Shown here one piece after another: positions 33,450-46,134 of a stretch of DNA of 59,645 nt. Where the stretch lies: contig JAXLNO010001895.1 in the NCBI GenBank assembly GCA_038087875.1, positions 62,001 through 121,645 of the forward strand. Direction: 5' to 3'. Made by a program: the position numbers and the translations under genes. How positions within the stretch are numbered: position 1 is the first letter of the stretch; each line of letters starts with the position of its first letter. The DNA comes from Malacoraja senta. Its lineage: Eukaryota. The notes beneath the pieces were generated by a model, which was given only the letters and a program-made list of their open reading frames with translations, did not search any database and had not been told where the DNA came from.

Positions 33450-36315
33450 GTAAGATGGAAAAATTGTGATGCACTGTTGCTAGTAAAGGTATTGGGCTTG
33501 AAGAAATGATCGATCTCAAGTAGGATAAGGCAGCAGCTACACCTGAAATGCCTCGACAGTCACCACTGTCAACTAGCCTTTGTGCTGTTGTTAAATGTTT
33601 CTGATAATCAGATATTTTAAAATTGTGAATTCAGTGTAAAAAAATGTTATACATTATGGATTCACTGCCCCAAATCCTAGAAATATCAATGAGTCATTAA
33701 AAAGTACAGCATGCAAGCAGTCCTTTTGGCCCACCGTGTCCATGCCAACCACCAACCACCTGTTCTCATGAATTCTATCTCATTGCACCTTCTCATCCAG
33801 TCACCCACCCACTAGGGGCAATTTACAGTGGCCAATTAAACTATAAACCGACACATCTTAGGATGTGTGAGGAAACCGGAGCTCCTGGAGGGATCCAATG
33901 CGGTTACACGGAGAACATGCAAACTCCACATAGATGGCACTCAAGGTCAAAATTGAACCCGGGTCTGTGTCGCTGTGAGGCAGCAGCTCTACGAGTTGTG
34001 ACACTGTGCTGCTCCGTTGGGGGCTCCCACTGCTCATGATCCAAGTCAGCTATGAGGCAGATTGGTTGCAGTTTAACGTTTACTAGTTTTGTTTAGTTAA
34101 ATTTAGAGATACAGTAACGAAACAGGCCCTTCGGCCCATCGAGTCTGCGCTGACCAGTGATCCCCGCACATTAACACTATCCTATACACACACACCAAGC
34201 CAATTAACCTACATACCTGTACGTCTTTGGAGTGTGGGAGGAAACCTTAGATCTTGGAGAAAACACACGCGGTCATGGGGAGAACGTACAAACTTTGTAC
34301 AGACAGCATCAGTAGTCGGGATCGAACCCGGGTCTCCGGTGCTGCAAGCACTGTAAGGCAGCAACTCTACCGCTGCACACAGTAGCTGCCACCAAGGCCG
34401 CTGTTGCTGGAAAACTCAAATTTAAGTGGGAATGTGAGTAGTGGGAGAAATGGTTCAAGGTGGAAAGCCGAATGAATGAGCAACAACATGACAGGTGGAC
34501 TACAATGTGAAACAGGACAGCACAGAGCCAGAGACCTGAATTAAATACCGACATCGGCTGATGTATCTGTAGAGTTTGCATGTTGTTCCTGTGACCATGT
34601 GGGTTTCCCCAGGTGCTCTGGTTTCCTCCCACATCCCCAAAACATTGTTTGGTAGGTTAGTTGTCCCCTAGATTGTGCATGATACAATGTGGGGAGAGCT
34701 GTTGAGAATGTGGGACAAATGTAGGATTAGTGTACATGAATGGTTGGTGCAGGTCAGTGGGACAAAGGCCATGTTTGTATGCTGCATATTTCCATGACTC
34801 TTTATGATGTAGAAAGATGCTGACTATTTTTGATATATAAGATTGGGAAAGACTGTGAGGGACAGTGCTATAGTAACTCAGCAGGTCAGGCAACATCCCT
34901 GGAGACCATGGATAGGTGACAATCTGGTTCGAGACTCTTCAGGCAAATTACAATGGGTATTCCTCCGCTTAAGTCTGATAGTAGTGTACAGATGCACCTC
35001 AACCACTGACTTGCTCAACAAGTGCTTAAATTAGTTGAATTAAAGTACGTTTGGAGTAACATGCAGCAGTCCTTAAAATCTACCATTTCCCAAATCCCAA
35101 GAGAGCTGGATGATCAGGGTTTTAGTGTAAATTCAGTCATCTATATCACTGATTTCTTGCCTGTGATCACACTGTTGTAAGATATATTCTGGTGATGAAT
35201 TGCAGTTCACTTTCCTCCTGTGTAAAGGAGTTATTGTGTTGAATATAACAAGTGGAAGGGAAAGTCAGTGTAGGATTTAGAGTTTGTACGTAATGCAGCA
35301 TGGTAGTGTAGCTGGTAGAACTGCTGCCTCACAACGCCAGAGACCCAGGTTCAATCTGGACCTCGGGTACTGTCTACGTGGAGTTTGCACATTCTCTTGT
35401 GACTATGTGGGCTTCCTCAGGGAGCTCCGGTTTCCTCCCATATCCCAAAGATGAGCAGGTGTGCAGGTAATCATCCTCGGTAAGTCACCCTGATAGTGTA
35501 GGGGTGGATGGGAAATCTATTATGAATGGGTGATTGCTGGTTAGTATGGATTTGGTGGCACAAATGGCCTGTTTACACACTGTATCACTGTTTTCAAGAG
35601 AGAGTTAGATTTAGCTCTTAGGGCTAAGGGATTCAAGGGATATGGGGAAACAGCCAGATCGGAGTATTAATTTTGGATGATCAGCCATGATTGTATTGAA
35701 TTGCGGTGCTGGCTCAAAGGGCTGAATAGCCTATTCCTGCACCTATTTTTTTATGTTTCTATCTTTCTATTAAATAAACTAAATTGGAAGACAGAAGGTA
35801 TTGACTGATGCATCTTCACACCAGCTGTAAATGTCATAAACTGTGAGAATTGATTGCAAATGTTATACAATATTATAAAATAAACTGGGTGATCAAAATG
35901 ACAAGATGGATGAAGAGCAGAGTTTTCATTGAAATAACAGACGTGCTGCTTTCTCGAGCACTTGGCCTTGGTTGTGTAATATTTCCTCTTCAAAATACAA
36001 TGTTCCCAGGCACTGCTGGTCTGAGACACCAGTCAGCAAGTATATTTCCTGAAACGGAGGTTCTGCTTTCATGGTATCAAGATGTCCAACAGCTCCAGCA
36101 CCCAAATCAGAACCTTGCCAAAACTAAGAATGCAGCAACAATTTAGTCATTGAACATCAACGACATGCATATTTGAACTGAGGCAATGGTTAGCTTATTA
36201 TCACTGTAAACCAGTCGTGGTCATGGGTCTGCCATTGTGGTCACTATTAGTGAGGGTGATTAACTATCATTTAGCAGTGAAACGGAAAAGAATTGGCTTT
36301 TCAAGCCCACGGAGC

Positions 36316-37420
36316 CATAGAGTCATACGGCATGGAAATGGGCCCTTTGCCTCAACTTGGCCATGTCAACCAAGATGCCATGTTTAAACTACAATTTTCC
36401 TGCAATTGACCCATATCTCACTGAACCTTTCCTATCTACCTGTGTTCTAAATGTTTTTTAATACCTGCCTCAACTCCTTCCCCTGGAATGTTCTTCCATA
36501 TTTCCACTTCCTCTGGTTCCGAGTAACTCGTTTCCTTCTCACCTTAAACCTAAGTCCTCTGGTTCTTTTTATTTTTTATTTTTTATTTTTTTGTTTATTT
36601 TTATTTATTTTATTTTTTTATTTTTTTTATTTTTATTATTTATTAGAAGTATTTTACATTACAGTAATCTGCAATAACGTAAATTTATACAGTTCTTGTA
36701 CCACTTCTGTTTTTCAACTTTAATAGAAAGAAAGGATAGAAAGAGCTAGCAAAGACAGTCAGTGAGTGAATGAAAAAGTGGTCCAGGAACACAGATGTGT
36801 ACCTAAACCACATGAAGTAGTTAAAGAAGAGAGGAAAAAAAAGAGAAAAAATAAAATAAGATAGGACAATATGAAAGGGATGCACCTACTTCTTATCTTT
36901 ACTCACCCCTCGCCAGGACTTAAAACCATTTATTATCATCATTTTGTTGCACCTTATGTTTGTAATAAGTCAATATATGGAGACCAAATCTTTTGGAATT
37001 GGTCTTGTTTACCTGCTAGGAGGAATCTCATATCTTCTAGATGTAACAATTCCGACATATTAGAAGTCCACATTTTTATTGTTGGCGTAGGAGCATTTTT
37101 CCAAAATTTCAGTATTAATTTTGTTGCTGTTATTAATCCGTCCTCTGGTTCTTGATTACACAAGGCTGGTTAAAAGATTCTGTGCATTCAATCTATCTAT
37201 GCTCCTTGATTTTATAAACCTCTATAAGATCACCCCTCAGCCTCTTGCGTGCCAAGGATTAAAGTCCAAGCATTCTCATCCTCTCCCTGAATCACAGGCC
37301 CTGTTAATGACATCCTTCCGATAGTGGAGTGACCAAAACTTAACACAATACTCTAAATGTGGCCTCACCAACATATTGTACAACTGTAGCAGAACATCCC
37401 AACTTTTTTATTCAGTACCT
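36316..37420 (-). mobile_element. CR1-type LINE 3' fragment interrupted by an L1 3' end
   Basis: CR1 tail and aagatcacccctcagcctc motif; continuity across the TSD. Confidence 0.8.
36568..37140 (-). mobile_element. Short 5'-truncated L1 3' end, 13-bp TSD; same subfamily as 10630-12340
   Basis: TSD tcctctggttctt at 36555-36567 and 37141-37153; near-identical 3' UTR to 10630-11160. Confidence 0.9.
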
Positions 37421-37643
37421 TTCTTTTAAAATCTTTTTATTGTTTTTTTTCCAAAAAACAAAAACAAAAACAAAAATAAAACATTAAAAAAACAGAGCAA
37501 AAAGAATAATGATAAACATAACAATGGTATTGATACATAGGGATCATGATTAAACACATTAATAACAGGTATAACCTAATATGAGACCAGTGTCAAAATA
37601 CACAATGAATATAGTTAAATCTTTAAAAGGAAACATAAATGTA

Positions 37644-37782
37644 NNNNNNNNNNNNNNNNNNNNNNNNNNNNNNNNNNNNNNNNNNNNNNNNNNNNNNNNN
37701 NNNNNNNNNNNNNNNNNNNNNNNNNNNNNNNNNNNNNNNNNNNNNNNNNNNNNNNNNNNNNNNNNNNNNNNNNNNNNNNNNN
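37644..37782. other. Assembly gap (139 N)
   Basis: Run of N. Confidence 1.
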
Positions 37783-40700
37783 TGAACTGAGAAATTCAAC
37801 AATTTAAGTCTGTTTGTCTGTTAGGTAAGTTATATTTATTGGAGAGTTGTTCGAAAGACATAAAACAACCCTCCAAAAACAAATCACAAAAAGCTACTAA
37901 TCCCTTCCTCTTCCATTACAAAAAAACTTGATCAGTACTAGATGGTTGGAAGAGAAATTTGGATAAAATCAGATAGTCCAAAAAACTTACAAAATTGAAA
38001 CCGTATTCGGAACGTATGTCTTATTATTGGGTTCGTCATATATTTATTCAATCTCGTAATTGTAAAAGGTAACGAGGTCCCTAGAATAGAAGCCAATTAT
38101 AGCCCTTGTAAGGAATCACGTTCTAGGTTTATCCATCCAGGGCATTAGGTATCTTCTAAATCTTTTGTCCAAAATGTTAAATAACGAACATTGACTGCCC
38201 AATAGTAGAGTCTAAGGTTCGGCAATGCCAAACCACCAACTTTTTTTGATTTCTGTAGGTATTTTTTACCTAGTCTGGGATTTTTATTCTGCCATATATA
38301 TGAAGAAATTTTAGTCTATAATATCAAAGAAAGATTTGGCAATAAAAATTGGTATCGTCTGAAATAAATACAGACATTTAGGTAAAATGAACATTTTAAT
38401 AGCATTGATTCAGCCAATTAAGGATAAGGACATTGGTGACCATTTAGTGAACTGATGTTTAATATGGTCAATTAAAGGAATAAAATTAGCTTTAAATAAA
38501 TCCTTGTGTTTCTTGGTGATCTTAATACCTAAATAAGTAAAAATGGTTCGGTAGTCAATCTAAATGGAAACTGTCCATAACTCGAAACAAAATTATTTAA
38601 TGGGAAAGCTCACTCTTACTAAGATTTAGTTTATAATTAGTTTAGTTTAGATTTAGGCGCGACTCTCGTCAGCAGCGGCCTCTGCAGTCCGTCTGTCTTT
38701 TTATTATTTTTGTCTCGTTTCTATGTAGTTTTTATTATTTTTATTTGTCGGGGTATGTGTGTGGGGGTGGGGAGGGGGTGAACTTTAAAATCTTTCCCCT
38801 GCACGGGAGACCCGACCTTTTCTTTGTCGGGTCTCCGTTGTCGTTGGGGCTGGGCAACGTGGAGCGGCCTCCAGCAGGAACGACCTGGGGCTCCAGTTGC
38901 GGAGCTGCGGACTACTCACCGTCACGGGGCTGGCCAAGTCCGGAGCGGGTGGAGCTGTGGTGGAGCGCTGCTGCAACCCGACCCCCGGAGATTCAGGGGC
39001 TACGGCCGCGGGTCTGGCGGACGGCAACACCGGAAGCCCGCGGGTCCCTGGTGGGAGACCGCTTTTCGGGGCTTCCACAGCGGCGACTTCTCCCGCCCGA
39101 GTTGCGGGGTTGAAGAGCACCTGGAGCGGGGCTTTACATCACCGCCCCGCGCGGCTTGGAATGGCCGCGGGACTTTGCGAGCGCACGCCGGGGCTCTAAC
39201 ACCAAGACCCGGTGCGCGACCTTGCATCACCCGGCGTGGCTTTAATGGCCGCGGGACAATCACCATCGCCCGCCGGGGGCTTTGACTTTGACTCTGACAT
39301 CGGGGGGGTGAGTGCAGTGGAGAGATACGTTATTTTTGCCTTCCATCACAGCGCTGTGATGGATGTATGTGTAAATTGTGTTGTGTCTCGGGTCTTCTTC
39401 GTTTTGTAATGTATGGCTGCAGAAACGACATTTCGTTTGGACCTCAACGGGGTCCAAATGACAAATAAATTGTATTGTATTGTATTGTATTGTATAACCA
39501 GAAAAACTACTGAATTGATTAAGTAATGCTACTATTGCCGGAATAGATTTCTCAGGGTTAGAAATAAATAATAACAGATCATCTGCATAAAGAGATAGCT
39601 TATGTGTCTTATTCCCGCGGACAATACCAAAAATATTAGGGTATTCCCTAATAGCAGTGGCTAAAGTTTCCAAAGCAATATCAAATAGTAAAGGACTTAA
39701 GGGACAGCCCTGTCTAGTACCTTGAAAGAGCCTGAAAAAAGGGGATCTCTGATTATTAGTAAATACAGAAGCCTGAGGTATAAGATATATCAGTTTGATC
39801 CAAGAGATAAATTTTGGACCAATCTTAACTTTTTCAAGTATATTGAATAAGTATTCCATTCTACTCTATCAATAGCCTTCTCGGCATCAAGTGAGATGAC
39901 ACATTCTGGGGTTTTATTAGACGCTGTATATACAATATTTATTAGTCTCCTAACATTAAAGAATGAGTAACGATTTTTAATAAAACCTGTCTGATCTTCA
40001 GAGATAATTTGCGGTAAAATCTTTTCCAATCTCATAGCTAATATTTTGGAAAGAATTTTAAAATCTACATTTAACATTGATATAGGTCTATATGATGTCA
40101 CTTCAGTAGGGTCTTTATCTTTTTTAAATTAAAGAAATAGAAGCTTCATAAAAAGATTGTGGTAATCTATTCCTTAAAAAGGCTTCTTTAAATACCTTGC
40201 ATAGCCATGGAGACAATAAATTTGAGAAATACTTTAAGAATTCTACTGTAAACCCATCTAATCCGGGAGCTTTACCAAAATTCATTGAAAATATTGCTTT
40301 CTGTATTTCGTCTTCCGTGATGGGTTCATCGAAACAACAGAGACTCATTATATGGTAAATTTGGTAAGTTCAGTTTCTTTAAAAACTCATGCAATATATT
40401 GGAATCAGTAGGAAAATCTGATTGGTATAGGGAGGTATAAAATTCCTGAAAGGATTTATTAATTTCGTCATGGTCTACGGTTACTGTACCATCCCGTTTA
40501 CTCACTTTAGTAATCTGACGCTTGGCCGACACTGCTTTCAATTGATTAGCAAGTAATTTACCAGATTTTACGCCATTTATATAAAATTTACTTTTGGTTT
40601 TAAGTAACTGGTTCTCAATCGGTGATACTAATAACAAATCATATCTCAATTGAAGTTCAACTCTATTCTTATAGAGCTCTAAACTAGGAGCTTTTGAATA

Positions 40701-41679
40701 TTTTTTATAAATTTCTTTAATCTCGTCAGCCAATGTGCGTATTTCTTTTTGTGTTTGTTTTTTTAATCCCGCGGAGTATGAAATAATTTGTCCACGAATA
40801 TATGCCTTAAAAGCATCCCAAACTATACCATTGGATATCTCTTCATTAGAGTTTGTCAAGAAGTAAAAAGCAATCTGATCTTTCATAAACTTAATAAAGT
40901 TTAAGTCTTGAAGCAAAGTAGCATTAAATCGCCATTGTTTAGCACTAAACTTGGAATCAGGTAGTTTGATCAATAGTTTCACTGGTGCATGATCAGAAAT
41001 AGCAATTGTATCATACTCACATGCAATGACGAATGGAATTAGCCGAGAATCTAGTATAAAATAGTCGATCCTAGAATAATTATGATATACATGAGAGAAA
41101 AATGAAAATTCTTTGTCATTTGCATGTAAGAATCTCCAAATTTCTAACATTCCCGAGTCAAGTAAAAAAGAATTAATAAAATTAGCTGATTTATTTGGAA
41201 GCACATGATCAGATGTAGACGTATCAATCGAGGGATTCAAACAGCAATTGAAGTCTCCACCCATTATTAAAAAGTGTTCATTTAAATTAGGAAAGGATGC
41301 AATTAACTGTTTAAAAAACTCACGGTGATCAATATTTGGTGCATAGACATTCACCATAGTGACTTTTTGCCTATAAAGGACACCGGTAATCACCAAGAAT
41401 CTGCCATATGGATCAGAAATTGTTTCATGGTGAACAAACAGAATTGAGGGGTCAATAAAAATAGAGACAACCTTTCACCTTAGCCTGTGAATTTGAATGA
41501 AACTGCTGTCCTCTCCAAAACTTGAAAAATCGTGACTTGTCATCTTGCCTTACATGAGTTTCCTGAACAAAGATAATCTGAGCATTAAGTCTGTGAAGAA
41601 CTTTTTAAAAAAATATCCTCTTAATGGGATGGTTCAAGCCATTCACATTCCATGAAAGGAAATTAGTAACTTTATCCAT
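37783..41679 (-). pseudogene. L1 ORF2p (APE endonuclease plus RT), frameshifted and interrupted
   Basis: MDKVTNFLSWNVNG; NVYAPN; GGDFN; SRIDY; SDH; GKAPGLDGF; YRPIS.LNVD.KI; QTGFI; SLDAEKA.DRVEW; GTRQGCPLSPLLF; LYADD. Confidence 0.92.
38637..39492 (+). mobile_element. GC-rich non-coding retroposon (~856 bp) inserted in L1 ORF2
   Basis: L1 frame ..FSGY|KLNLSKSEL resumes across it; possible TSD tataa (38632-38636/39493-39497); ends tgacaaataaa(ttgta)n. Confidence 0.75.
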
Positions 41680-42265
41680 ATTGCTTGTAAAAATCATGTG
41701 GGATGTAATGGGTTAATTTCTTGAAGCCTAAAAGTTCATAATACTGGAAGAAGAAAAATCTAGGGCGGAGCCAGAAGTGACGACATTTCAGCCAATTTTG
41801 TAGTTCAGAATTTGCACAAATGGAGATCACAAAATAGGGAACAAAAGACCCCTCCCCCCTCCCCCCTCCCCCCTCCCACCCCTGTAGAACCCCAAACTGA
41901 CCAAAAGACAGTCAGCAAACTACCTAATCCCCTCCCCAATCCCATCTCTCCCAGTAACAGCACTCAGCATAAAAAGAATAATATTTAACCACTACGTCAT
42001 AACACATTCGTTATTATCTCTTTGAGAGAGAAGAAAAAAAAATACAGACTGGCATGGAATGCTGCTTATTATTATCCAAGGTCAAGATATAAAAAACAAG
42101 AACTGCGTTCTCTTAGTTTGTCTAACGACAGGGGAACACGAATTAACAAAGAAATTCTTAAAAGAATATATATAAAAGAAAAACAACTCGTCCAGTTAAA
42201 TTCTTAATCATTACGAAACGAAATGTTGTCAAATTAGGAACAGTAAATCTCCAATTATAACTTAA

Positions 42266-43210
42266 TCAGCTATCAATTACTCCCCTTCCTCGTCGTAGCT
42301 CTTCAGACGCAGCTGGAGGCATCTTGAGGACTGTTAAAAAATCGAAAGTTACCATTGAAAAGCCGAATACGCAATCTAGCTGGTGATAATAGAGCTGGGC
42401 GCAGTTTTTCTTATACAAATCAGACATTACATTATAAAAAGTCTTTCTTATTTCCAAAAGCTCGTAACTATAATCAGGGACAAACTGAAACTTACATCCT
42501 TCATATTCAACCACACCAAACTTTTTTGTTGCCTGGAGAATATTCTTCTTCATTTGAAAAAAATGAAACCGAATGATCAAGTGTCTCGGTTTATTACCGG
42601 ATCTCTTCCCAATCCTGTGTGCCTTCTCCAGGAACGGAAGGTTTTCATTGTGCTCAATGTTGAATGTTTCCTTTATCATTTTAGAAGCATATTTTATAAC
42701 GTTATCTCCTTCTTGGCCTTCCGGCAAACCAACAATTCGTAAATTCAAACGACGGCTTCTGTTTTCTAAGTCCATATTTTTAGACCTGTATTGCTGAAGT
42801 GCTCGAGTGTTTTCATTCATTCTCCGTTCCAATTTTTCAATCTTCAAATCTCTCTCCTGTCCCAGGGTGCGCAAGATATCAATTTGATCCTTTTGTTCAC
42901 GAAGTTCATCTTGTAACAAAGACAGTTTTCCTTGGACTTCCTTCAATTTGGTCGAAACTCCTTTCACCATTTCTTCCAAACTGCCAAATCTTGTTTTCAT
43001 TTCATTTTTCAGCTCATTTTTCAATTCATCGTTCATTTTCGATATTGCTTCTATGATGCTGGAATCAGAAGCTACAGCTGTGGTTGTGGCTTTCCCCAGT
43101 TCCTTCTTTGGGGATCCTCCTTTCCTTCTTGTCTCCATGCTTTTCACGATTAAGGCGTGTAAAAGTGTTATCAACACTTTATGAACAGTTAGACGGTGTC
43201 TTGAAGTCAA
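42266..43210 (-). CDS. L1 ORF1p (coiled coil plus RRM)
   Basis: Heptad-rich N-half; DLENRSRRLNLRIVGLPEG; EKAHRIG; PRHLIIRFH; PDYS. C-terminus probably frameshifted. Confidence 0.88.
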   Translation of the reverse strand: MTSRHRLTVHKVLITLLHALIVKSMETRRKGGSPKKELGKATTTAVASDSSIIEAISKMNDELKNELKNEMKTRFGSLEEMVKGVSTKLKEVQGKLSLLQDELREQKDQIDILRTLGQERDLKIEKLERRMNENTRALQQYRSKNMDLENRSRRLNLRIVGLPEGQEGDNVIKYASKMIKETFNIEHNENLPFLEKAHRIGKRSGNKPRHLIIRFHFFQMKKNILQATKKFGVVEYEGCKFQFVPDYSYELLEIRKTFYNVMSDLYKKNCAQLYYHQLDCVFGFSMVTFDFLTVLKMPPAASEELRRGRGVIDS

Positions 43211-44483
43211 ATAGTCACCAGTAACATTGAAAGAGTGGTCAGTGGAAGCTAAATGTTAAGGGAGCAAACGAGTTTGCAACCTTACAGCATGCTGCCTTAC
43301 ACAAGGAGAGTCTAGTTATTGACATGTTATTGATGTTCATGATTATTCTGTTCTTTGTGCCTGGCCATTTTGACTTTGTCACATTTTACTTGGTTTATGA
43401 TATTGTACAAGATTTGCAATCACACCTCCCAATTGACTAAAATTATCCCAATTAACTAAATGCCTACTATGGCATTTAACTTATTGCATTATATTCAGTG
43501 CAGGGTAGAAGCTGCAGTTTTTTTAAAAAGGGCAAGTTTGTATTACATACTATGTGGTGTGTGCCTGGAAAGCACTGCCAGGGATGGTGGCGTCTGGGGT
43601 GCACCTTCGTGGTGCATGGAGATGGAGGGGTTTGAGGGACATGAATCATTTGCAGGCAGATGCTGCCTAACTGGTGTCTGTCTGACTGATCTGGAGGGAT
43701 CTGATGGTCAGGCAGGGAATATTTCCAGTGACCCAATGGTGCTGAGTTCGCTGAATTTTACGGTGAATGGGAATGCCCCTGTAATAGAGGAACAGGTCCT
43801 TTGTCCAACAACGTTTGTGCTGAACATGACGCAACCTGAGGCAGAGTGGCGCTGCTGATAGAGCTGCTGCCTCAGTGCGTCATAGACATCAGTTCAATCC
43901 TAACCTCGGTTGTCGGCTGTGTGAAGTTTGCATGTATTCCCTATGACCGCATGGGTTTCCACTGTCCTCCAGTTTTCACACACATACTAAAGATGCCAGG
44001 TTTTATGGGTTAATTGGTCTCTGTAATTTGACCCTAGTGTGGAAGCGAAAGTTAGATAACATAGAACTTGTGTGAACGGAACTATTTGAAGGAGTATTGA
44101 GTTTTTTGTTTAGTTTAGAGAGAGAGCATTGAAACAGACACTTCGGCCCCACTGAGTCCGCACCAACCAACGATCACCCACATAAGCTAGGGACACAAGT
44201 CAATTAACCTACAAACCTGCACATCTGTCTTTGGAATGTGGGAGGAAACTGGAGCACCTGGAGAAAACCTATGCAGTCACAGGGAGAAGGTACAAATTCC
44301 GTACAGACATCACCCGTGGTCAGGATCAAACCCAGGTGTCTGGCGCTGTGCCTTTATATCTGGAAGGAAGATGTTATGTGGGATGAATCAACAGTTAAAG
44401 TGAATAAACTAGTTGCATCTTTCTGAGTTCTGTTCTCTGCTATGCCATTTCTTTGTTGTCTAATATTTAATTTCCCTCCTCAG

Positions 44484-44524
44484 ATTATCAAAATATTCAA
44501 CCAAAGCAGAACGTGCACTGCTAA
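44484..44524 (+). CDS. Candidate terminal cytoplasmic-tail exon: (D)YQNIQPKQNVHC*
   Basis: Branch-like ctaat and pyrimidine tract tttccctcctcag. Phase-1 compatible with the TM exon; stop followed by AATAAA at 44576-44581 and 44626-44631. Lies in non-repetitive sequence. No transcript evidence. Confidence 0.45.
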
Positions 44525-44575
44525 CCAATCGCTGAGTAGAAGATTTCATGGATGTGATTAAAATGCAGGAACTGA

Positions 44576-44631
44576 AATAAATGGAAAGAGTTAAATTAAG
44601 TTTATCAAACATGACAGAAATTCTCAATAAA
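44576..44631 (+). terminator. Two candidate polyadenylation signals (AATAAA at 44576 and 44626)
   Basis: Hexamers 52 and 102 nt after the candidate stop codon. Confidence 0.35.
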
Positions 44632-45502
44632 CTGCCCTGCATTTGTACAAATTAGAGCTATCTAGCAATTTATGTTGATAACAGCTGATATGACTGATGC
44701 CTCAACTCCTTTACTGTGCTTATTCCACATAAGACACAATTCCCTGTTCTTTTAGAATATATCCACGCATTATCCATCAATTCACCACCACATCATGCCT
44801 CTTTAATACATTCATAAGGTTAACTCTGTTTCTTGTCATCTCCAAGGGACACAGAACCAGTGATTTCAGCCATTCATGGTTAGGTAACACTTGCTTATTC
44901 CAGAAATCTCTTCTAGCTGATATGCAATATTAATATATCCTTTCTTAAATTTGAGGACCAAGCTGTGCACAGTGCTCCTGATATGTCCTCAGCAACATCA
45001 TGTACCATAATTACAATAGTAACCTACCTTTGAATGCTAATCACCTTCTGAGTTGTGTGCTGCATCTACCTGCTGGCTTTTTGTTTTGCACTTTAAGCAC
45101 TTGAATCTCTTGTACTCCACTCATTTGCAATCTCACTCCATTTAGATAATAGCTTCCTTTGAATTGCTCTTACCAGAGTGTGTGAGCACATATTTTCCAT
45201 TATTAAACTCCATTTGCCATGTTTATGTTCATCTAACAAAGAGTCATAGAGCCATATAGCATGGAAGTAGGTACTTCAGCCTAATGCTCCAAGCTGAACA
45301 AGATGCTACATCTAGGTTAGTCACATTTGCCAGCGTTTGGCCCACTTTCCTCTCAACATGTTCTATCCATGTACCTGTCCAAGTGTCTTTTCAATGTTGT
45401 TATTCTGCCTTCGCTGGCAGCTCATTCCATACACCCAGTAACCTCTTCGTAGAAAAGGTTGCCTCTCAGGTTCCTACTAAATCTTCCTCCTCACCTTAAA
45501 CC

Positions 45503-46134
45503 CAGGGGTGCAGTGCTGCCGGAGCTCACCTGAGCACCGATCCGGCACATCTGTTAAAGAAAAAATAAACAGGGTGGAATTTTAACTAGCGGATGTGTGG
45601 TCGGGGTAACCCGATTAAAAGAGGGGTAAGGGGAAGATCCATCACTACTGAGGTTCCCTGCAGGAGGAGGGGAACACTATGATGCAGCAGAGACAGACCA
45701 TGTGATGTGTGCATCGTTTGTGGTTGTGGGCCTGGAGCTGAGCCTGGAACTCTGGTGGGTGGGTGTGTAGGTGAATGGGTGTGAGGGTGAGAGTGTGTGT
45801 GTGTGTGTGTGTGTGAAGGCCCAGAGCTGTGGGATAGTCAGGGTGAGTCGGTGTCTTGCCGGCACCTCTGTAAAAATACATGATAACAGTCTTTTTCTTT
45901 ACTTGCTTCATAATTATATTTCATGATAATCAGTGAGTGCAACCGTGCAATATTTTGTCATAATTAAATTATGTATTATATGTTTTAAAGTACTAGCTAT
46001 ACACTGGGATGTAGTAATAGGCTATAATCTTGTTTGACCCTCTAGGGAGACTAGCTTGCCCCCCCCCCCCCAGCAAAATCTGAAATGCCCCTGTTTGACA
46101 GCTCCGACACCTAAAAAATTAGCATTGAACACTG
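45503..46134. mobile_element. Non-autonomous hAT-like element, 8-bp TSD, inserted in a CR1 3' fragment
   Basis: TSD cttaaacc at 45495-45502 and 46135-46142; imperfect ends caggggtgca / ttgaacactg; shares an internal block with ~14730-14795. Confidence 0.7.

Larger units (their letters stand above)
37421..43312 (-). mobile_element. Near full-length L1-clade LINE (5' UTR, ORF1, ~590-nt spacer, disrupted ORF2, gap, 3' end)
   Basis: ORF1 and ORF2 motifs as listed in the two entries that follow; AATAAA and A-rich end near 37430-37445 on minus. No TSD found; linkage across the gap is assumed. Confidence 0.85.
5040..44631 (+). pseudogene. MHC class I-like heavy chain gene (nonclassical), alpha1-alpha2-alpha3-TM-(tail); alpha2 frameshifted; leader exon not located
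   Basis: Four exons with canonical AG/GT boundaries, all phase 1-1, in correct order, encoding recognisable class I domains. Pseudogene status rests on a single frameshift that could be an assembly error. The 3' limit depends on the candidate tail exon. Confidence 0.8.

Noticed and set aside
35850-36146. ORF whose 3' part (from 36010, GTAGLRHQ...AATI*) is phase-compatible with the TM exon
   Set aside because: Weak pyrimidine tract and no recognisable motif; ranked below the 44484 candidate but not excluded without RNA data.
38745-39409. Several overlapping 65-153 aa ORFs on both strands (also 13052-13896, 16216-16538, 19233-19663, 27387-27786)
   Set aside because: By-product of GC-rich, stop-poor repeat sequence; no shared protein between related copies.
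43460-43858. 132-aa ORF or possible tail exon from 43656 (GRCCLTGVC...)
   Set aside because: The acceptor lies in a decayed CR1 tail-like stretch, the ORF ends in a SINE head, and donors are weak.
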